Part shown: positions 60,256 to 64,000 of the stretch, one piece after another
Layout: each line of letters opens with the position of its first letter
Position numbering within the stretch: position 1 is the stretch's first letter
Source of the DNA: a bacterium
GTDB taxonomy: Bacteria > Patescibacteriota > Minisyncoccia > Moranbacterales > GWC2-37-73
Direction: 5' to 3'
DNA length: 64,000 nucleotides
Assembly (NCBI GenBank): GCA_003251635.1
Contig: QKEW01000012.1
Coordinates: 53,333-117,332 of the forward strand
Position numbers and translations under genes: made by a program
Notes under the pieces: generated by a model
What the model saw: only the letters and a program-made list of their open reading frames with translations
What the model was told of the DNA's origin: nothing
The model's database searches: none

Positions 60256-60924
60256 TTATTTTGTAATACTTTTGACTATTTTATCCAAATCATCTATTTC
60301 TTTCTCTTTCACGAAATAATTATCATAAACTATGGAATCCCTAACCGTAACCACCCAAGCTTTTGATATCAGCTTTTTAATTTTTTTATCTCTTCTCTTT
60401 CTTTGTTTTACACATTCAGATAAAAGAAAGCTATTCAATTTTTTATGATCTCCAAATTTTTCAATTAAAATTCCATATAATGTGAGAAATTTATCATTTA
60501 ATGTTTCCCTACGCTTATTTCCATATAAACTAACAAGTCTAATCTTTCTATTTTTCCTTAATTTATTAACATTTTTTTCAAATTTATCCAAATTAAATTC
60601 TGATCTAATGAGTCGTTTTATGGTCAATCTTGTTGTAACTGTTTGTCTACCATTTGGTAATTTTATAGTGTCTTCTTCAAATGGTTCACTCATAACAAAA
60701 TTTCCATACAAATAAGCAAAGCAGTCGTTTATCTTTTTGGCAATTTTTTCAGCTTGTTTTTTGGCTAAAACCTGATCTTCGGCTTTTACTAAAATTCCAA
60801 CTTTATCTATAACTCCTTCACTATTGGAAACAAAGTCCAAATCCGTATCAAACATCCTGACTTTTAAAGAATTCGATTCAAACATTTCATTGGCCTTAAA
60901 ATAAACATCGTAATCTTCCATCAT
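60256..60924 (-). CDS. hypothetical protein (222 aa), Lys/Asn-rich, no recognisable domain
   Basis: ORF with markedly lower GC than the flanking genes. It lies downstream of the TrpR/YerC-like regulator and its palindromic operator. Confidence 0.4.
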   Translation of the reverse strand: MMEDYDVYFKANEMFESNSLKVRMFDTDLDFVSNSEGVIDKVGILVKAEDQVLAKKQAEKIAKKINDCFAYLYGNFVMSEPFEEDTIKLPNGRQTVTTRLTIKRLIRSEFNLDKFEKNVNKLRKNRKIRLVSLYGNKRRETLNDKFLTLYGILIEKFGDHKKLNSFLLSECVKQRKRRDKKIKKLISKAWVVTVRDSIVYDNYFVKEKEIDDLDKIVKSITK

Positions 60925-61028
60925 AATTACTTTACATTAAAGATTCTAAATCAAGTTCAGAATGACAAAATTTAATTTTCTTATTCTTTTTTTCCATAAA
61001 CTTATTTGCAACAAATATTATCCCACTG

Positions 61029-61052
61029 TTACCATATATTAATATATGGTAA
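61029..61052. promoter_or_regulatory. perfect 24-nt palindrome TTACCATATATTAATATATGGTAA (candidate operator)
   Basis: Seen directly, about 105 nt upstream of the 222-aa hypothetical gene and just downstream of the YerC-like gene. Confidence 0.4.
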
Positions 61053-61093
61053 CGAAACCAATTTATTCTTTAATTCAAAAAAGTTCACACAAA

Positions 61094-61561
61094 TCATTTA
61101 CCAAAAATATTTTTTATAAAACGATGGTATGGATATTTATCCAATAAGCTATCATACTCAATCGTATTATTTATTTGGTTACTTTTGTCGCTCTTCCCGA
61201 TCTTTTGTATTTTATTTTGCAACCAATTGTTATATTTGTCATCTCCACCGTGCAACCATTGATAAGTTCTTTGAACTGTGGCGGTACCAACTTTCAATTT
61301 TTTTCGAATTTCTTCATAACTCTTATCTTCCAATAACATTTGAGCTATCTGAATACGCCTTGCCACCATCAAGGCCTCGCTGGGAGTAAACAGTCCTAGA
61401 AAAAAATTAATAATTTCTTGCTTGGTTTTCAAGCTAGAAACAACCTCAAATAAACTATTAATAGCTTGGTATTTTTCTTTAGGTTTAACTGTATGAGGCT
61501 TAACTTTGGCCATTAGCAAAAATAAAATTCTTACACCAAAATTATACCATACTTTTTTCAA
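61094..61561 (-). CDS. TrpR-like DNA-binding protein of the YerC/YecD family
   Basis: FLGLFTPSEALMVARRIQIAQMLLEDKSYEEIRKKLKVGTATVQRTYQWL matches the YerC/YecD HTH core. The start may be the internal ATG at 61513 (MAKVKPH...). Confidence 0.6.
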   Translation of the reverse strand: MKKVWYNFGVRILFLLMAKVKPHTVKPKEKYQAINSLFEVVSSLKTKQEIINFFLGLFTPSEALMVARRIQIAQMLLEDKSYEEIRKKLKVGTATVQRTYQWLHGGDDKYNNWLQNKIQKIGKSDKSNQINNTIEYDSLLDKYPYHRFIKNIFGK

Positions 61562-61573
61562 AATAATTTTCTA

Positions 61574-61597
61574 TTACCATATATTAAAATATGGTAA
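61574..61597. promoter_or_regulatory. second copy of the palindrome (TTACCATATATTAAAATATGGTAA), upstream of the YerC-like gene
   Basis: Seen directly. It has the same 9-nt arms as the copy at 61029-61052, with one substitution in the spacer. Confidence 0.4.
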
Positions 61598-61751
61598 TGA
61601 AAAAGAATTTGTCAACCGACTAATTCAAGCTCGTCTTTATTACTTTCTTTTATGGATGTCTTTAACTATTTTTAATAGCCAGCCAAACAACTAATCCTAA
61701 CAATAGCAAGATAGCAACGCTTAATATTATTAATGTCATGCTAATTTAAAA

Positions 61752-63026
61752 TTACTTCTTAATCTCAATCTTCTCTAAATTCCCCGGCATCCATTTTTGC
61801 AGGACTTTTGGAATCAGCACACTGCCATCAGCTTGTTGGTGATTTTCCAAGACAGTAATTAGGGCCCGTGAAATGGCCACTGCCGTACCATTGAGCAAAT
61901 GGGCAAATTCTTTGGAACCGTCGCTGTTTTGAACCTTGATATTTAGGCGACGCGATTGATAGTCAGTTGTGTTGGAAGTTGAAGTCACCTCGCCCCAGCC
62001 ATTTTTGGAGACCATGTAGGCTTCCAAATCATATTTGCGATAAGCCGGTCCGCCCAAATCGCCAGTGCAAATATCCACCACTCGAAACGGCACTTCCAAA
62101 TCTTGAAAAATTTCTACTTCAATTTCTTTGAGCTGCTCGTGAATTTTTTCTGAATCAGCCGGTTTGGCATAAATAAACATTTCAACCTTGGTAAATTGAT
62201 GAACTCGATAGAGTCCGCTGCTATGCTTGCCATAGGCTCCGGCTTCAGTTCGAAAACAATGTGAAAGCGCCACATATTTTTTCGGCATGTCTTTTTCCAG
62301 CAAAACCTCTCCGCTGTGATAGCCTCCCATGGTGATTTCAGCCGTTCCAACCAATGACAAATCCGTATTTTCAATATTATAGATCTGCGATTCTTCCCCG
62401 CGCGGATTAAAACCAATTCCTTCCAAAACTTTTTGCCGCGCCAAATCCGGGGTAATCACCGGCACGAAACCTTTGGATACCAATTTATCCAAAGCAAAAT
62501 TAATCAAAGCCATTTCCAAAAGCGCGCCTTCGTTTTTCAGAAAATAAAACTTAGAACCAGTCACTTTGGCCGCTCGTTCAAAATCAGCCAAATCCAAATC
62601 CAACATAATTTCCTCATGGGTTTTTGGCTGGAAGTCAAACTCCGGAATTTTTCCATAAACAGCAATCTCTTGATTTTCTTCGTCAGTTTTTCCAATCGGT
62701 GAATCCGGATGAGTCAGATTTGGCACCGTCAACAAAATTTGCTCAAACTTCTCGGAAATTTTTTTCAACTCAGGCTCTTTGGCTTCCAACTCGGCTTTAA
62801 TTTTTTTGCCTTCCTCAATGATCTTCGGTCTTTCTTCGGCAGAAGCTTTCTGAATTTTCTCGTTGAGAGAATTTTTCTGAGCACTAAAACTTTCCACGTC
62901 TTGAATCAATTTTCGCCTTTTTTCATCCAATTCCAAAAGTCGATCCACCTCGCATTTAGCCGCCCGATTCTCACAATTTTTCTTCACCAAATCAGCATTT
63001 TCCCGAATAAATTTGATATCCAACAT
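61752..63026 (-). CDS. serS: seryl-tRNA synthetase
   Basis: N-terminal coiled-coil arm, class II motif 2 FRTEAGAYGKHSSGLYRVHQFTKVEMF and motif 3 GTAVAISRALITVLENHQ. Confidence 0.92.
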   Translation of the reverse strand: MLDIKFIRENADLVKKNCENRAAKCEVDRLLELDEKRRKLIQDVESFSAQKNSLNEKIQKASAEERPKIIEEGKKIKAELEAKEPELKKISEKFEQILLTVPNLTHPDSPIGKTDEENQEIAVYGKIPEFDFQPKTHEEIMLDLDLADFERAAKVTGSKFYFLKNEGALLEMALINFALDKLVSKGFVPVITPDLARQKVLEGIGFNPRGEESQIYNIENTDLSLVGTAEITMGGYHSGEVLLEKDMPKKYVALSHCFRTEAGAYGKHSSGLYRVHQFTKVEMFIYAKPADSEKIHEQLKEIEVEIFQDLEVPFRVVDICTGDLGGPAYRKYDLEAYMVSKNGWGEVTSTSNTTDYQSRRLNIKVQNSDGSKEFAHLLNGTAVAISRALITVLENHQQADGSVLIPKVLQKWMPGNLEKIEIKK

Positions 63027-63183
63027 TTTTTTAGCCTTTATTTCTTATGCTCCCATTTTACCCGTAAAAAAGACCTTTGGCAAACCAACTGGATTGACTT
63101 TTTGACTAGAAATGTCAGAATTATTTTATACCATGGATTTACGTTTTTTTACGAAATTTACCAATAACCACAAGGGGGGCAAC

Positions 63184-63342
63184 ATGGAAACAACAGGGAC
63201 AGATTTCGATTTAGCAATTTACGTTATGGAGGATTTGCCAGGAAATCATGGTCAAACCAATAGGTCTGAAAAAGATTTTCCAACAAGATTTCTTACTCTT
63301 GACCCAATTCGATGGTTAATTGGATTATTTAGTTACTTTTAA
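63184..63342 (+). CDS. small hypothetical protein (52 aa)
   Basis: AAGGGGGG 6 nt upstream of ATG. Product METTGTDFDLAIYVMEDLPGNHGQTNRSEKDFPTRFLTLDPIRWLIGLFSYF, followed by two hairpin terminators. Confidence 0.3.
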   Translation: METTGTDFDLAIYVMEDLPGNHGQTNRSEKDFPTRFLTLDPIRWLIGLFSYF

Positions 63343-63360
63343 TTTTAAACAAAACAAAAT

Positions 63361-63426
63361 AAACCGCCGTTGAACCTAACGTGCGGTTTTGTTTTTCCCA
63401 AACGCCTATTTCAATAGGCTTTTTTC
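63361..63426. terminator. two tandem hairpin-plus-T-run terminators (bidirectional)
   Basis: AACCGC-N15-GCGGTT TTTGTTTTT, then GCCTATT-TCA-AATAGGC TTTTTT. The A/T runs flank both sides. Confidence 0.5.
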
Positions 63427-63549
63427 AAACATGGCTTGCGCTTTTTTGCAACTTTTTTGGCGCCAAAAAAGTTGAGTCAAGAAATAATAAAATTTAAGCC
63501 ACTTCCTTTACTGCAGACATACTGGCAAAAATAATTATTTTCATAACTA

Positions 63550-64000
63550 CTAAAATCTATTTTCTATAAACCGAATTAACTTATCATTTGTAAAATTATA
63601 AATATATGGAACAAATCTCAAGACATCCTTCTTTTCTATATTTTTCAAGTTCTTAATTGTCCATACTTCAAATCCAAAAGATTTGCCTTTTTCGATCTTT
63701 AAATCTTCAATCCTACCTTCATATATATAGACAAACTCTTTTTTAAAGGCATAATTAATCTTACCACTTACTTCATCCCTAGATTTATCACAAACCTTAT
63801 CGATTGATATCAAATTATTTTCACTTATTATTAGCCCCGTCTCCTCTAGAGTTTCCTTAACAGCAGTCTTTTCATAGCTATCTCCAATTTCTACGTGTCC
63901 GCCGACTGTTCCATCTAGAAGATCAGGGAATGTATCTTTGCTTTTGGCACGATGTTGAAAAATTATTTCATTTTTAGGCGTGACAAAATAAACGTGAATT
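63550..64000 (-). CDS. NUDIX hydrolase, N-terminus beyond window end
   Basis: Minus-strand translation from the window edge gives ...FQHRAKSKDTFPDLLDGTVGGHVEIGDSYEKTAVKETLEETGLIISENNLISIDKV... (Nudix box GGHVEIGDSYEKTAVKETLEETG). The 87-aa ORF in the track is its C-terminal portion. Lower GC than surroundings. Confidence 0.7.
   Translation of the reverse strand, partial: IHVYFVTPKNEIIFQHRAKSKDTFPDLLDGTVGGHVEIGDSYEKTAVKETLEETGLIISENNLISIDKVCDKSRDEVSGKINYAFKKEFVYIYEGRIEDLKIEKGKSFGFEVWTIKNLKNIEKKDVLRFVPYIYNFTNDKLIRFIENRF

Noticed and set aside
63027-63430. T-box riboswitch leader for serS (and similarly for cysS at 46612-46683)
   Set aside because: No AGGGUGGNACCGCG T-box sequence or specifier-loop architecture is visible on the relevant strand. 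The cysS upstream spacer is only about 70 nt.
1-64000. CRISPR arrays, rRNA or tRNA genes
   Set aside because: No regularly spaced direct repeats were seen. No intergenic segment shows tRNA T-loop (GGTTCGAATCC-like) plus acceptor-stem structure or rRNA signatures by eye. A tRNAscan/Rfam run would be needed for certainty.

Overview
The window is a gene-dense, low-GC (roughly 35-40%) bacterial chromosomal segment read with the standard genetic code. It has many small proteins, many glycosyltransferases and a compact RNase P RNA, which suits a reduced-genome Patescibacteria/CPR-type organism; that is my inference, not a database result.

Housekeeping genes I can support directly from motifs:
- tRNA and translation: gltX (5' partial), cysS, serS, def-fmt, rnhA, recJ, priA.
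- Chaperone regulon on the minus strand: hrcA-grpE-dnaK, then two unknown genes, then dnaJ, with one perfect and one near-perfect CIRCE operator.
- An RNase P RNA gene (rnpB, about 340 nt) that the ORF track misreads as two spurious ORFs.
- A MacAB-like efflux operon (membrane fusion protein, ABC ATPase, two FtsX permeases), a DsbA-like oxidoreductase, a CorA-like channel with an AMS in place of GMN, a GH1 beta-glucosidase, NUDIX hydrolases, an AlkD-like protein, an ADP-forming acyl-CoA synthetase and an RtcB RNA ligase.

The dominant accessory feature is a roughly 50 kb cell-envelope glycan locus (positions 800-32000 plus 56500-58000). It holds an initiating phosphoglycosyl transferase, six GT4, a GT26, a Ppm1/GtrB-like GT2, three very large GT-C/PMT-like membrane proteins, a Wzx flippase, a Wzy/ligase-like protein, a flippase-like LPG-synthase TM-domain protein, an LCP attachment protein and a nucleotide-sugar dehydrogenase.

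Candidate novel items:
1. A terminator-bounded cassette of two or three small Cys/His-rich ORFs with strong RBSs between hrcA and yidD.
2. A low-GC islet (about 60250-61700) with a TrpR/YerC-like regulator flanked by two copies of a 24-nt palindrome and an unknown 222-aa protein.
3. Two unknown genes inserted inside the hrcA-grpE-dnaK-dnaJ regulon.
4. RtcB tightly coupled to a Tmk-like P-loop kinase at the end of a glycosyltransferase operon.
5. A DUF1653 gene interrupted by an in-frame TAA.

No rRNA, tRNA or CRISPR array was recognisable by eye.
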